Below, piece after piece: positions 48,253-60,400 of a stretch of 64,000 nt of DNA. The notes beneath the pieces were generated by a model. The model saw nothing but the letters and a program-made list of their open reading frames with translations. It did no database searches and was not told where the DNA came from. Within the stretch, counting starts at the first letter, position 1. Each line of letters opens with the position of its first letter. Source of the stretch: Podarcis gaigeae. Its lineage: Eukaryota. The stretch lies in assembly GCA_964106915.2 (NCBI GenBank), contig OZ066915.1. One strand, given 5' to 3'. The position numbers and the translations under genes are program-made.

Positions 48253-49285
48253 GTAAGTAGCCAGCCAATTTCTTCTTTTTCTAGCTTTGCTCATCTTGTT
48301 GCTGTGATGCATTAGCTGCATCATGATTGGATTACAGTAACACACTTAACTACAGGGCTGCCCTCGAAAACAACTAGAATGTTTTAGTTGCTGTGAAATG
48401 TTACCGCAAATGCTGTTAGCTGCTTTGCGTGCCTTTGTGGAAAGTGAGATAAAAAATTTAATATTAATTTTAAAAGGCTTTTTTTGAACAGTAGGCCTTT
48501 CTCTCCCAAGAACTTGGACTTAGAAATGGTATCAGAGACACAAAAGATGCTGCTAAGTAGCTTAGAGAACTATAGTCCTGCAGTTTTGTCACTAAGCACA
48601 GAATAAGGTATTTTAACTGCAAATCTGTCAGTTTCCATAATATTCTGAGAATCTCTACTATCTGATTTCTACCACCCATTGTTGTGAAGGATTTATGACA
48701 AGCAATAAATGGGTGCAGTTCTTAAAACTTTAAAACCCAGCGGCGATGAGTGTATGCTTAAGGTGAGTGTATGCTTAAGCTGCATAGCTTGGCTGTTGAA
48801 CCTCTACAAGGAAGTAGAGAGTTCAAAAAAATTAAACAAACAATATTCAAATTGTTTCCCGAGTTGCCCCTGAAAAATTAGTCTCTTGGATGTGTTCAGT
48901 TTTATCTCTTGCTTTCCTTATGGAAAACTGAACCAAGTGTGTGTTGGTGATTGGATAGGCTCCTGAGGGCTGGCAAAAGTTCTGACATTGCAACAGAAGC
49001 AGGTGTGTGAGTAAATGGGTACATACACATTTCTGGTTTAGAAGCTGCAGCTCCAGTCAGTTTCTGCAACAGCTCCTCTGCCTTATGGCTAAGTCGAAAA
49101 TATGGTTGACTCCATTGCGGAGACTATCTGGAGCTATGTATTGCTTAGCCCTAGCTTTTGGATTATGTTATGCATGCAAATTACTGTAGAATCTGGGAGA
49201 AGTTTGTTTTGGTTGCACCAGAGCCATTTATTAAAACTTCCCTGATGTTTGAGTTGGACATTTCACATGAATATTGATTGCTTAC

Positions 49286-49288
<3 letters not shown>

Positions 49289-49332
<44 letters not shown>

Positions 49333-49346
49333 CACATACACACACA
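49289..49346. repeat. (CA)n microsatellite
   Basis: Seen directly. Confidence 0.95.
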
Positions 49347-50267
49347 ATCTTCTAAATGGATTGCATCCACTCTAGACACTTGCTTCAGGTCATTCTGCTG
49401 GTTGTAATGCGTTCCCTCGGAGGATTGATGATAAGCCTAAAATTAGTATGCTGTGTTAGATTTGGTTGTCCATCTAGATTGGTGTTCTTTGTTTAGGTTT
49501 TTTTATCTAATACTTTTGGGAGAAGGAAGAAGATCAGGAACCTTTGGGACTGTACATTATATTTAGGTCTATCTCTGACCCTTATTGCTGTTGGCTTTAT
49601 GAAATGTGTACTCCACATATGCCACTTTCCTGCCAAAGCACTAAAAATGTTGGATATAGTGATGGTTTAAAAAAATCTAACAGACATATTTTTTAAAAGA
49701 AAATAAAAAATAGAGTGAAAAGGAAGATAAGCATATACCTGCTGCAGTTCTGTACCCATTTGCCTTTGAGTAAGCTCCAAGAATTAAGTAGGACTTACTT
49801 CTGAACAGGATTGTGCAGTTGAGTGCCATCTCTTTCATACTGTACATAATGGAGTTACATAATTACCTGGCAGTATGGTCACTGCAGGAAACAGTTTTGG
49901 GAAGAGGGACCAGCTGAGCTGATGGTGTATGACGCTTTTACTAACTTGCCCTTTTCTAATATGTGGCCAATTGGAATGGCTGCTGCTGAAGGCAATTCTA
50001 GGAAGAGAGGAGCAAACTGGAATTGTTCCTAGCCACGCTGATGAAAGGGGTTTGCATCCACAGCATAATAGCTTTAATATCACATTTTAGTCTATTAACA
50101 TAGATCCGAGTTATTATTCACCCAAAGCTCCCTTCAGTTAGGCAAGAGAAGTAAAATAGCTCTAAGCTATCATTTCCCACCACTGATTCTTGTTTTGAAC
50201 TTTACATTTCTTCATTGAGTGTTGCACAGCACACCTCTTGACGGTGCCTCCTTTGTCTACCAATTAG

Positions 50268-50449
50268 GTCAACAATCCTACATGAGAGCAAGTTGCTACT
50301 GAAATGCCAGACCGTTTTGGACCAAGCCGTAGCAGAGGCATTGTGTTCAGCCATGCTTCTTGAGGGGAGTTCTCCACGCCAGGCTCTTGCTGACTTCCTG
50401 CTGGCCAGGAAATCTGCAATTCAGCAGCTTCTGGATCAGCCCCATCATG
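50268..50449 (+). CDS. COG1: COG1 exon 3
   Basis: STILHESKLLLKCQ...SSPRQALADFLLARKSAIQQLLDQPHH; GTGAGT donor. Confidence 0.96.
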
Positions 50450-50485
50450 GTGAGTGCAAGTGAAATTTTCATCTAAATCAGTGTG

Positions 50486-50695
50486 CAGTAACCTCAGGTT
50501 ACGTACTGCCCTTGTTGCGTATCCTACAGGATACGCACGCGGCAAACCCAGAAATAATGGGAAGGATTTTGACCCCTGCGCAGAAGCAGGCTACCACCAC
50601 GTGCACCTGTGCAGAACAGGCACTTCTGGTTACAAATGTTTTGGGGTGCGCACGGACCCCAGAATGAATTAAAACCATATCCAGAGGTATCACTG
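50486..50695 (+). mobile_element. Diverged Tc1/mariner-type MITE related to family A
   Basis: CAGTAACCTCAGGTTAC...CCAGAATGAATTAA...GAGGTATCACTG-TA; starts 36 nt after COG1 exon 3. Confidence 0.7.
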
Positions 50696-50909
50696 TACCA
50701 TTTCAGGCCACTTCCCTGAACCTTTGTTTCTTCCATCAGATGGACACTAAGCAGACTTATTCCTACACTGAATAAATGTCAGTGGCAATTTATTGGTTTC
50801 AGAGATGTCAGTGTTTCCCCACCCCATTAATAAAGTAATGGCTATATATCTGCCTTGTCTTTGGAGAAGTCACTAACAGTAGTTCACTTGAGATTTTGGG
50901 ATTATTTCA

Positions 50910-52810
50910 CAGCAATATTCATGTATTTCTAATCCTAAAGTAGAAGTAATATCTAGAAGGGTCTATTAACTAGCCGGATCGGATGTAAGGCCTTTTTTGA
51001 ATGTAGGGATGACTACCACTGTGGCCCAAACTTCAGGAAATAACCCAGATGAATCAATAAGTGAAAATATTACTGCCAGCAGGGAGGCCCATCAATTGAT
51101 GTTAGATTTCAGCAGTTCTGGGGGCAAATAGTCTATGCCTGGTGCTTTATTATTTATAAACTGTGAAATTAAGGTTCTTAGCCTCAGTCATAGATACTGG
51201 AGGCCAGTCTGGTAAGTTTTCCAAAGATTCTGGTTTTTGGTTGACCTCATCATCCTGCCCATGATAGAGTGATAATATTGCATCTGATAGTACACACTGG
51301 AACATTACAAGTATTCTCCAGCAGGCCTGATATTGTATGCCAGAAGAGGCAGATGTCCTTATCATGAGGGGCCTTTATTAAGATATGCCAAGCGTGTTTT
51401 TCTACTTCCTGTTTTTTTCCCATCTTAGCAGCAGTTTATACTTCTGTCTGAGGGTGACATATTCATTAATTAAGAGGGGTAAATTAGAGCTCCTATATTT
51501 ATGGTAATCTCTCTTCAGCTGGCTTTTAGCCTGCTTGCACTCTTTGTCGAACCAGCTGGAAGATCTGATCAAGCTTCTTGAGCCACTGTTCTTGATCTCA
51601 GTTTTCAAGTGGTCTTGCAACCTTTCAGTCAAAATCTTAAATACCCGTATTTTTCGCTCCATAGGGCGCACCTGAACATAGGGCGCACCTAGTTTTTAGA
51701 GGAGGAAAATACGGAAAAAAATATTCTGAATCAAATGTTGCACTAAACTATTTAAAGCAGCAAAGCGGGCAGCTCCTGTCTGCTTTTCTGCTTTAAATCA
51801 AGCCTCAGAGGAGGGTAGGAAGGGGAACCATGGCTTATCTAAGTCCAGTTAATAATGCTGAGCCTGACTTATGGCCATCAAGATTAGCCTGGCCGTCTCA
51901 GTGGAAATCTGGGGAGGCTGAGGTGGACTTTCCAGTGGTCAAAGTGTGGTTGTGTCTTTCTGCCCAGCATCTATTTCCTGCCCTCTTTTCCCCCTGCACC
52001 CCCGCACCCTGCTTCGAGGGAAGGAAGTGGAGCCATGGATCCTCTGCTCGCAACTGCAGTGGATTCCCTCCACTTTGAAGCAGGAAAGTGGGAGAGGAGC
52101 TGCTTACATGAGTGTAAGCTGCTCCCCTCCCACTTTCCTGCTTCAAAGGGAGCCCGGGAGGATGGAATCCACTGCAGCCTCGAGCAGCGGAGGATCCATG
52201 GTCCCCTTCCTTCCCTCCTCCGTAGTTGCTTTGAAGGAGGAAAGTGGGAGAGGAGCTGCTTACACGAGTGTAAGCTGTTCCCCTCCCACATTGCCGCTTC
52301 AAAGGGAGCCCGGGAGGAGGGAATCTGCTGCAGCTTCCCCCACCTCCCGCAGAAGCCGCACGCTCTTTAAAGGGGCTGCGCGGCTTCTCCTGGCTTTTCT
52401 GGGAAGTGGCGGGATTCCCCCACCTCGTAGAAAAGCCCGCAGGAGCCGCACAGCCTTTAAAGAGGGCGCCGCTCTTGGGGGCTTTTCCCCGAGGAGGGAG
52501 AAGGGACTGATGCGGCCAGTCAGTCCCTTCTCCCTCCTGGAGAAAAGAGCGCATGAAGCTTGTGTGCGGCTTTTGGGGGCTTTTCCCGCCTGCCTCCCCC
52601 CTGCATTCGCTCCATAGGACGCATACACATTTTCCCTTGCTTTTTAGGAGGGAAAAAGTGCATCCTATGGTGCGAGAAATACGGTAAATTCATAGCCTCA
52701 GCAGCAGAGGTAGCTGAGATAATAGCAGTATGATTAGTCCTTAAGTCATCTGCATGAAGGTGAGTCAGCGCTAGATTGAGTACTGGTGTCCACTTAATTC
52801 TGTTGCCTGC
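50910..52810 (-). mobile_element. Decayed non-LTR retrotransposon ORF2 fragment (EN-RT linker; clade uncertain, RTE-X-like), split by a MITE
   Basis: Minus-strand motifs SWFDKECKQAK, LPDWPPVS and WATVVVIPTFKKGLTSDPAS (start of RT, IPxxKKG..DPxxYRP type), with stops and frameshifts. Confidence 0.8.
51644..52684. mobile_element. Large (about 1 kb) non-autonomous Tc1/mariner/pogo-type element with internal hairpins
   Basis: TIR CCGTATTTTTCGCTCCATAGGGCGCAC / GTGCATCCTATGGTGCGAGAAATACGG; TA on both sides. Confidence 0.88.
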
Positions 52811-52875
52811 AGGAACACCTAAGTTTGCATTAGAGATAAATTGAGTTTTTTTTGGGGGGGGAGAATTGTTAAAGT

Positions 52876-53348
52876 TAGAATCTTAAGAGTTGGAAGGGAC
52901 ACAAGGGTCATCTAGTCCAACTCCCTGCAATGCAGGAATCTCAGCTAAAGCATCCATGACTGATGGCCATCCAATCACTGCTAAAAAACCTCCAAGGAAG
53001 GATAGTTGACTACCTCTCATGGGAGTCTGCTCCACTGCCCAACAGCTCTTACTTTCAGAAGGTTTTTCCACTTGTTTAGTCATAAATCTACTTTCTTGTC
53101 ACTTGAAGCCATTGCCTCGAGTCCTGCCCTCCAGGAGAAAACAAGCATGCTCCCTCTTCTATGTCACAGCCCTTAAGATATTTGAAAATGGCTATCATAT
53201 CTCCTCTCAGTCTCCTCTTTTCCAGGCTAAACATACCCAGCTGCTTCAAGCGCTCCTCATAAGGATTAGTTTCCAAACCCTTGATCATCTTGGTTGCCCT
53301 CTTCTGCACATGTTCTAGCTTGTCAACATCCTTCTTAAATTGTGGTGG
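52876..53348 (-). mobile_element. CR1 LINE 3' fragment
   Basis: [23 protein letters not shown]...[31 protein letters not shown] plus the CR1 3' UTR. Confidence 0.93.
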
Positions 53349-53564
53349 TTGTTTGGATAACATTTTAAAACTGCTGTTTCTCCTCTCCCCCCCCCCAGTT
53401 GAATTTTGAGGATATGGAAATATGTTAACCATCAAATGATACTTTTTGTCTTTACAACCCAGGGCAGCAGTTGCAATGCAGAAGAAAGTGCTTGTCTATG
53501 AGCACAATACTTCTACCTTGCAAAATGGCTGCTATTATTCACTGGCTTTTTTTTTTTTAACCAG

Positions 53565-53735
53565 ATGCTGGCATTAAAGCACAAGTTTGTTCCTTGGTGG
53601 AGCTGCTAGCCACAACCCTGTATCAAGCACATGCCCTCTTCTATTCCCTGCCAGAGGGAATGCCTTCAGACCCATCTCTTCCCTGTGGCTTGCTCTTCTC
53701 AACCCTGGAGACCATCACAAGCCAGCATCCAGCAG
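53565..53735 (+). CDS. COG1: COG1 exon 4
   Basis: AGIKAQVCSLVELLATTLYQAHALFY...LPCGLLFSTLETIT; GTGAGC donor. Confidence 0.96.
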
Positions 53736-53834
53736 GTGAGCAGCAAAACTGGTAGGGACTATGCAAAATTACCATGTTATCGTTGGTCAGGGCCTAGTTT
53801 AATCCTCAGTAGCCTGACCTCTCTTCTCCCCTAG

Positions 53835-53991
53835 GTAAGGGCATCACAACTTTGAAGGAAGAAACCAAGCTGAGCAGCTCATTCAAATATTTGCCATCTT
53901 CCATCGCAGAATTCCAGCCAACACTCAGAACTCTGGCACATCCTATTAGCCAGGATTACCTTAGAGATACACTTCAGAAATGGATCAATAT
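53835..53991 (+). CDS. COG1: COG1 exon 5
   Basis: KGITTLKEETKLSSSFKYLPSSIAEFQPTLRTLAHPISQDYLRDTLQKWIN; GTGAGT donor. Confidence 0.96.
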
Positions 53992-54098
53992 GTGAGTCTG
54001 AGGAACTAGCTTTGCCATCATGATCCACTTGAAAAGCACATTGCCTGGTCCATTGTAGACTTGGGTAAAACTCTTTGTGTGAAAATCATTGTGGTTGG

Positions 54099-54317
54099 CA
54101 GTGCTTTTTTCCTAAAAAAAATGTTTAGGTGTACTCTCATTCCGCCTGAGACTCAGGAAACATCATGGCAGGAAATGAGGTCGCCATCGGGGGTAGCAGC
54201 GGAACTGTGCTACAGAAGAAACTAAAAAAATTAAAATTTTCAGTTTCTTCTCCCATTAGATTCACAAAATGTTTAGGGGTATGCATACCCCTGCATCCCC
54301 CCAGAAAAAAAGCACTG
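54099..54317. mobile_element. hAT MITE
   Basis: TIR CAGTGCTTTTTT / AAAAAAGCACTG; perfect 8-bp TSD GTGGTTGG. Confidence 0.9.
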
Positions 54318-55208
54318 GTGGTTGGTACTGATTACCTGAATTTCATAGATTGAACAAATTAAGAAAAAGATGCAGCTTTCAAAAGTGTACCTAGATATTT
54401 CGTAGCACCCTAACTATTGTGGAGTATGGCCTTCTGCTGGTCTCATTTGCTTCCTGCTGCCTCTGGGTTCACTCTGGGATAATTCTGGTCCATCTGACAG
54501 CCCTAACTAGCCAGGTAGTGCTGCCTTCTCAGCATCATTGTACCTTACCTTGGTCAGATTGGGGTCCACAGGTTTACAGGTGAAGCCAATCCGGCATTCC
54601 CGTCAGTGCACCTGCACAGTCCCATCCTTGTCTTTGTCCTGCCCAATTTCAGTTCTGGGTAAGGTGCAGCAATGGAAAGTCATTTTAGTTGCTCCACCCT
54701 ACCACCCAAATATTGTGCTTTAGTTTTCTGTCACTGCAAGGTGGACATTTGAACTCTTATTTATACTCTTTGTCGTGATAATTTAAAAGGGTACTCTTCC
54801 TCTTATGCTCCAGTCACCACAAAAGTGGAGGCTCAATATATTTGAACTCTCTTCCTGAGAACACTGCTGTGTTAAAACACTAGTGAAAGATAAGTGCCTA
54901 TTTTGAGTTCTTCATAATTTTATCTGTATTTACAAGATTGTGACACTTCACCTACCCATCATCCTTTGTTCAGGGAGAGTGTGAGTTTATTCTTACTCTT
55001 TGCCATCACATTGGCTCCTAGCTGCGCTCTTTGACCCCTGTTTTACATGATTCAGTAAAGGCCACAATTCACGTAAGCAGATGAGTATTTTTCAATGCAG
55101 CTTTTAATTACTATGCAGGAAGAAGTAGTGGCTCTGCAATTATTGTGCAGGGAAAAGTAACTCCCAAGAGAGTCCTTCAGGCAGCGACTCATTTAGCATT
55201 TCTTTCAG

Positions 55209-55419
55209 GTGCAATGATGACATCAGATCTGGGATCACAAATTTGCTGGTTTATGTGAAGAGCCTTAAAGGTCTGGCTGGAATTCGTGATGCTGTGTGGG
55301 AACTGCTCACCAGTGAGTCCATGAGTCAGAACTGGGAGACAGTATGTCACCGACTCCTTGACAAACCCATCTTTTTTTGGGAAGATTTGTTACAACAGCT
55401 TTTCTTGGACAGATTACAG
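55209..55419 (+). CDS. COG1: COG1 exon 6
   Basis: CNDDIRSGITNLLVYVKSLKGLAGIRDAVWELL...QQLFLDRLQ. Confidence 0.96.
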
Positions 55420-56080
55420 GTAAAATATTGTCACAGTTGGGCTAGGTAGCTTAAAGGTTAACAAACTAAGCAAAAATATTATTTGCCATGGTAATTGAGC
55501 TTTTTGGTTTTGGACAATAGCTACTCCTGTGTAGGACTAGTTCAGAGATGTTTGTGATGTATTAGGAAATTTCCACTCTGGTTTTCTTTATGTGTAAAGG
55601 GAACTTTGTTCAGAATAGAACTATCATCTGATTCTTATCATTTGTAGCAAAATACTAAAGCACCCATAAGCTCCTGTTTCCTCCTAACCCACGCTGGATG
55701 AAATTATTCTTATAACAATTGGATATAATTACAATATATGTATCCTTTGTACCTGGATACATCTTCATCTTTACTTTCTAGAGATCAGAAACCCATTTGA
55801 CTGCATATTTGGTAGCAATATACTTTTTATGCTTACCACTTTTCCAACTTGGTTTAACTGCATTGGTTCCTTTGACATCAATTTTGAGTGGAACTTTGGG
55901 AAGAACCTTGGGGGTTAAGGGGGGGGGCAGATCTCAAGGACATTCCTCAAAACCTGAATGTTGGAGTTTGTGTGTACCCTGCCATTTCCTGCTATATCTT
56001 AAAAGCATTCCCATGCTTCTGGTTGGGTCTGTGGTGATGCACCAGCTTTTGTCTCTGTGTAATGAGTTTTTCTTTTCCAG

Positions 56081-56869
56081 ACGCTGACAAAGGAAGGATT
56101 TGATGACATCTCCAGCAGCTCCAAGGAGCTCCTTGTTGTGTCTGTACAGGAGCTTGAAGCTAAGGTTGATGCATCTGCCCACAACAAACATATGCTATTT
56201 GAACATAACATGGCCTCTTTCTTATGGTCAGAGAATCCAAATGACTTGCCACCCGATGCAGCCTGGATCAGTGTGGCAAACCGCAGTCCGTTCACCAAGA
56301 GTGGGTTATCCATGAAGGCCCAGGCCCACAGCCCACGAGTTCAAAGCTTCTGCAGCGCTCTGGATTCCAAGCTGAAGGCCAAGTTGGAGGACCTTCTGTC
56401 CTACTTGCCCTCTGACTCCTCTCTGCCTAAGGATGCTCTGCGTGTGCAACCCAGGAACTCTGCCTTTGACAGGTTTGCTGATGCAGGCACAGTAGAAGAA
56501 CTGTTGCGCAGCCACTGCATCGGCTGTGTGGATTATGTGCTGGGTTGTGTTAGGGAAGAGCTGCATCAGGCTCAGGACGTACTTCAAGGATGTGCAGACG
56601 CTTTGCACAACCCCAAAATCAACACCGTTCTCTTCATGGCACGGCTCTGCCGATCGTTGGGGGAGTTATGCCCGCATTTGAAGCAGTGCATTCTGGGTAA
56701 ATCAGGTTACACAGAAAGTGTTCTGAGGGAGCCTTGGCCTTTGAAAAAGGTTGGGAAAGGGAAAACTCAAGAGGTGAATCCCATAAAGACTAAATGGCAA
56801 GAATTAAAAGAACGGCTGCTGAAGGATAGCCTGTCTGCCTATCGGATTTGGAGCACAGCTGTTGCTAAA
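56081..56869 (+). CDS. COG1: COG1 exon 7
   Basis: TLTKEGFDDISSSSKELL...VLFMARLCRSLGELCPHLKQCILGK...YRIWSTAVAK; GTGAGT donor. Confidence 0.97.
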
Positions 56870-56988
56870 GTGAGTTTCTGTCTTGAAGGTGGTGGAATAT
56901 CCCTTTCCTCTTGTGCTTTGGTTTGTTTTTTTACTGCATCCAATGCTTCCCACCTTACCATAAGAACAAATGCTTTCTTCGTTTGTGG

Positions 56989-57257
56989 CAGGGGTCAGCA
57001 ACGTGCGGCCCCTGGGCCGGAAGCGGTCCATGGAGGCCATTTAACTGGCCCATGAGCTGCCGCAGAACCGAGCCACCTGCTCAGCGAGTCCCGGCTCACT
57101 GCACTAAACTGGCACAGCGACTCGCTTCAGCGGTGCTGGAAATCATGTCTGCGCATGCACAGATGCCAGAAATTGCAGGAGTGTGTGCGATCCGGCCCAC
57201 AGACGGATCTCTGTGGGACCGATCAGGTCCAAGCAAGGTAAACCTTGCCATCCCTTG
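56989..57257. mobile_element. hAT MITE
   Basis: CAGGGGTCAGCAAC / CTTGCCATCCCTTG; perfect 8-bp TSD GTTTGTGG. Confidence 0.88.
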
Positions 57258-57786
57258 GTTTGTGGGGACCCTGTTACTAGATGTTTGAAATCTGCAACAG
57301 ATTGTAAAAAGGCAGGAAAATGTCTGAGCAGTATTCTCTTGTGTGCAGAAATGTCTTGAATCCTACTAGATGCAATGAAGAACCTTGACTTTTCCATGTT
57401 TCCTCACCAGAGCTGTGACATGACATTTAGCTCAGATAGCAAAGCAGAATTTGGCTAAAATCAAGGCTGATTATGCCTGTTTTCCCATGCTTCCCTCCAT
57501 ATCCGTGTCTGCCTCTCAACATGCTAAGGCCAAACAAATTGCTTCACAGATTATTTTTTGTTAGAAATAGTACTAAAATAAAATAAAGGATTTGAAATGA
57601 AGGAATGGAATTTGGTAGGACACTTATGGTGCCAGAATGCCAAATGGCAGTTTTCAGAAATTTCGTATGTGAAAAATGATGCTGTGATAGTTGCATGCTG
57701 ACAACCTATGGGCCCCAAATCTCACTTGGGCATAAAAAGATTGGTTCTGATGCTCTCCTGCTGCTGTTATTTGTATTTTACACTAG

Positions 57787-57933
57787 GTCCTGGTTCAGGG
57801 GTACACACAGTCGTTGTTAAAGGGTCAAGCTGGATCCATTCTGGCAACAGCCACCAACTGGGAAGAGATTGAAATTGAAGAAGAGACTGAGACTGGAAGC
57901 AGTGTAAAGTCCAAGATACGGCTCCCTGTGCAG
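57787..57933 (+). CDS. COG1: COG1 exon 8
   Basis: VLVQGYTQSLL...ATATNWEEIEIEEETETGSSVKSKIRLPVQ. Confidence 0.96.
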
Positions 57934-58372
57934 GTGGGTAAAAAGCAGTAAGATACACACCAACGGTTAGTCTGTACAGTGTTCTCAGTTTACATAAGGG
58001 AAAGGGGAACCGATTCTCAAATGTGCCCAATAACCCAGCAGCAGAGCTGAGACTGAAGCCCAAATCTCCTCAGTGCCTTTTCTGAGAAGATGGTGGAATG
58101 TTACAAAAGTGCAGTGGGGTGATAGCCACTTGGTTTGATTTTCTTTTTTCCCTGATCATACCTCTAGAGAAGAGGAATGACAGTCATTAGGATCCAGCAC
58201 CTGCCTCCAGTTTCAAGTTTCCAGTTTCTTGTCCCTAAGTAATATTTATTCATACTAAGAAGGCACATTTAGTAGCAGCTTGTGTTGCTGAGTCTTAGAA
58301 ATGTATAGATTTTGATAACACAGTTTAGAAGCTTTGTATGTAGACTTAACCTGATGGGGGGTTGATTTATAG

Positions 58373-58507
58373 CAAGAGTGGCTAACCTGTGGTCTTCCAG
58401 AAGTTGTTAGACTATAGCTGCCATCTTCCCTAACTACTGAGCATGCTGGCAAGGGCTGATAGGATTTGAAGTCCAGCATCTGGAGGGCCACAAGTTGCCA
58501 CCCTTGA
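58373..58507. mobile_element. Degenerate GGACTACAACTCCC-family MITE
   Basis: ACCTGTGGTCTTCCAGA...CATCTGGAGGGCCACAAGTT fold-back. Confidence 0.6.
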
Positions 58508-58637
58508 TTTGTAATACCACTTTATGCAGTTCAGGATAAGTGTCACTGTCAAAAGGAGTGTGGAGCTGCCAAAGTAAAAAACAAACACTTGTCCTTTCAA
58601 GAAAACATAATGTTTTTACCACTGGTATTCTTCACAG

Positions 58638-58799
58638 CCATCATGGTGCGTCCAGTCCCTCCTCTTCAGTTTGTGCCAAGAAGTCAATCGAGTTGGAGGC
58701 CATACCCTTCCCAAGGTCACCTTGCAGGAACTACTGAAGACTTGTATGACTGAAGTATTAGCTGGCTATGAAAAACTGTCAGGAACGAGCCAGGAAAAG
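58638..58799 (+). CDS. COG1: COG1 exon 9
   Basis: PSWCVQSLLFSLCQEVNRVGGHTLPKVTLQELLK...EK. Confidence 0.96.
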
Positions 58800-60272
58800 G
58801 TGCGTTGTTGGGGGTCTGTGGACCACTGCACAGTGTTTGACTAGATTGATAATCCTGCTCCAAGTGTGTATTCGAAAACCCAGGAAATGAAAAATGTTAA
58901 TTGTCAAGAGCAAAACTATTGATCGGCTCCCGCTTTGCAAGGCTCGCTCATGGGGAAAGTTCTAACGCAGGAGCAGCCAATGTGGTGCCCATAGATGTTG
59001 CTGAGCTCAGTGCCCATCAGCCCTAGTCAGTGTAGCCAGTGGTTGTTCAACAACATTTGTAGGGTGACACATTCTGTCCCTTCAGACCATCTCACTAGTT
59101 GAAAAAGCGAAGGGTGTATCTTTTGGGACTTTAATTGCACTGTTTTGTCACTAACCAAGTTGTACTCAGAACAGACCACTGAATGTTTTGTTACGTTGCT
59201 TGGAGACCTTTTTGTGTAGCAATAAACTATTATGTTCAAGTAAATAATAAAAAAATAGGCCTAAATTGGTCATGTCCGTTAATTTCAGTGGACCTACTCT
59301 GAGAATCAATAATGTTGGCTCACAGCAAACCATTAGTCCTTGCACATGTTCATAGCAGCACTTGAACTCCCAGGTCAGTACTAAAAAAGTATACTAGAAA
59401 CCTGATAGCATCTTTGCCCATGAATAAATCTGATTGGAATTGGTGCTACTTACAAATATGTATGTGTTTGACTGTGGCATTAATCTTGCTTTCCTCTTTT
59501 CTAGAGAAGGCAGCCAATCTCAGAGCAGCTCAGTTAACATAGGGCAGGATTCACCTAACCAGTCCAGTCAGTAGAAGCCCTACGTAACAGGGCTCCCCTG
59601 CCACCTCCAATTGGCTCGGGTTGGGAGAACCCTCAAAAAAGCAAGCATGGAGAGGGGAGGGGTAGCGTTCTGTCTGGCAAGCGGAAATACTTGCACAGAG
59701 GAAATGATTGGAAGAGTAACATGTTGAATTGAACCCTGTGTGGAGACCCTTCTCCATGCAATGATCTGACATTTTATGGGGAAGCATCTGAATGATGCAA
59801 CCACAGGAGCAGGTCTGATTACGTGGGTATTTCTTATAGAGTTGAAGTTCTTAATGGGGGAGGGTATGATTCCATGGGGAAAACCTGTATGTTTGTAACA
59901 GTGTGAGATCACTTTGCATGCTTGCACACAAGCAGTTACAGGTAACTCTAAAATACGGGACACTGAATAAATTGAGATGTTCTACAACTGTCCGTGCTCT
60001 ACCTTCTGTATGTAAGTGCTGCGATTCTTTGGCTATCTCTGCTATGAGATTGAAAACAAAAAAACAAAAATCCAGGTTCACAGGGGCCTAATAAACATTT
60101 TCACAGACTAGTGTGATTATCAGGGGACTACTTTTAGTATTTTGGGCACAGGACCACATGATCTAGATGCTTAAAGTGATTGTTGATTAAACTTTAAATA
60201 TATGTGAGGACTGCTGGCCTAGGCATTTGCTTAAGAATCAACCTTATTTTTCCTTCCGCTACCTGTTTCTAG

Positions 60273-60400
60273 AAAGAAGGGAAGTTACCCATCACTCAGA
60301 ACAGGGCTTTGCAACTCTTGTATGATCTTCGGTATCTGAATATAGTCCTGACAACTAAGAGTGAAGATATGAAAGGCAGCAGAAACAAGCAGGATTCCAG
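60273..60400 (+). CDS. COG1: COG1 exon 10
   Basis: KEGKLPITQNRALQLLYDLRYLNIVLT...KQDS. Confidence 0.95.

Noticed and set aside
48747-48779. 16-bp tandem duplication TGAGTGTATGCTTAAG in COG1 intron 2
   Set aside because: Ordinary small slippage duplication with no sign of function.
51898-52628. 218-aa and 223-aa ORFs as a possible transposase
   Set aside because: They lie in the repetitive hairpin interior of a non-autonomous element; no DDE or HTH motifs.
56870-57055. C-terminal extension of the 305-aa ORF beyond COG1 exon 7
   Set aside because: Read-through into intron 7 and a hAT MITE; the donor AAA|GTGAGT at 56870 joins in frame to exon 8.
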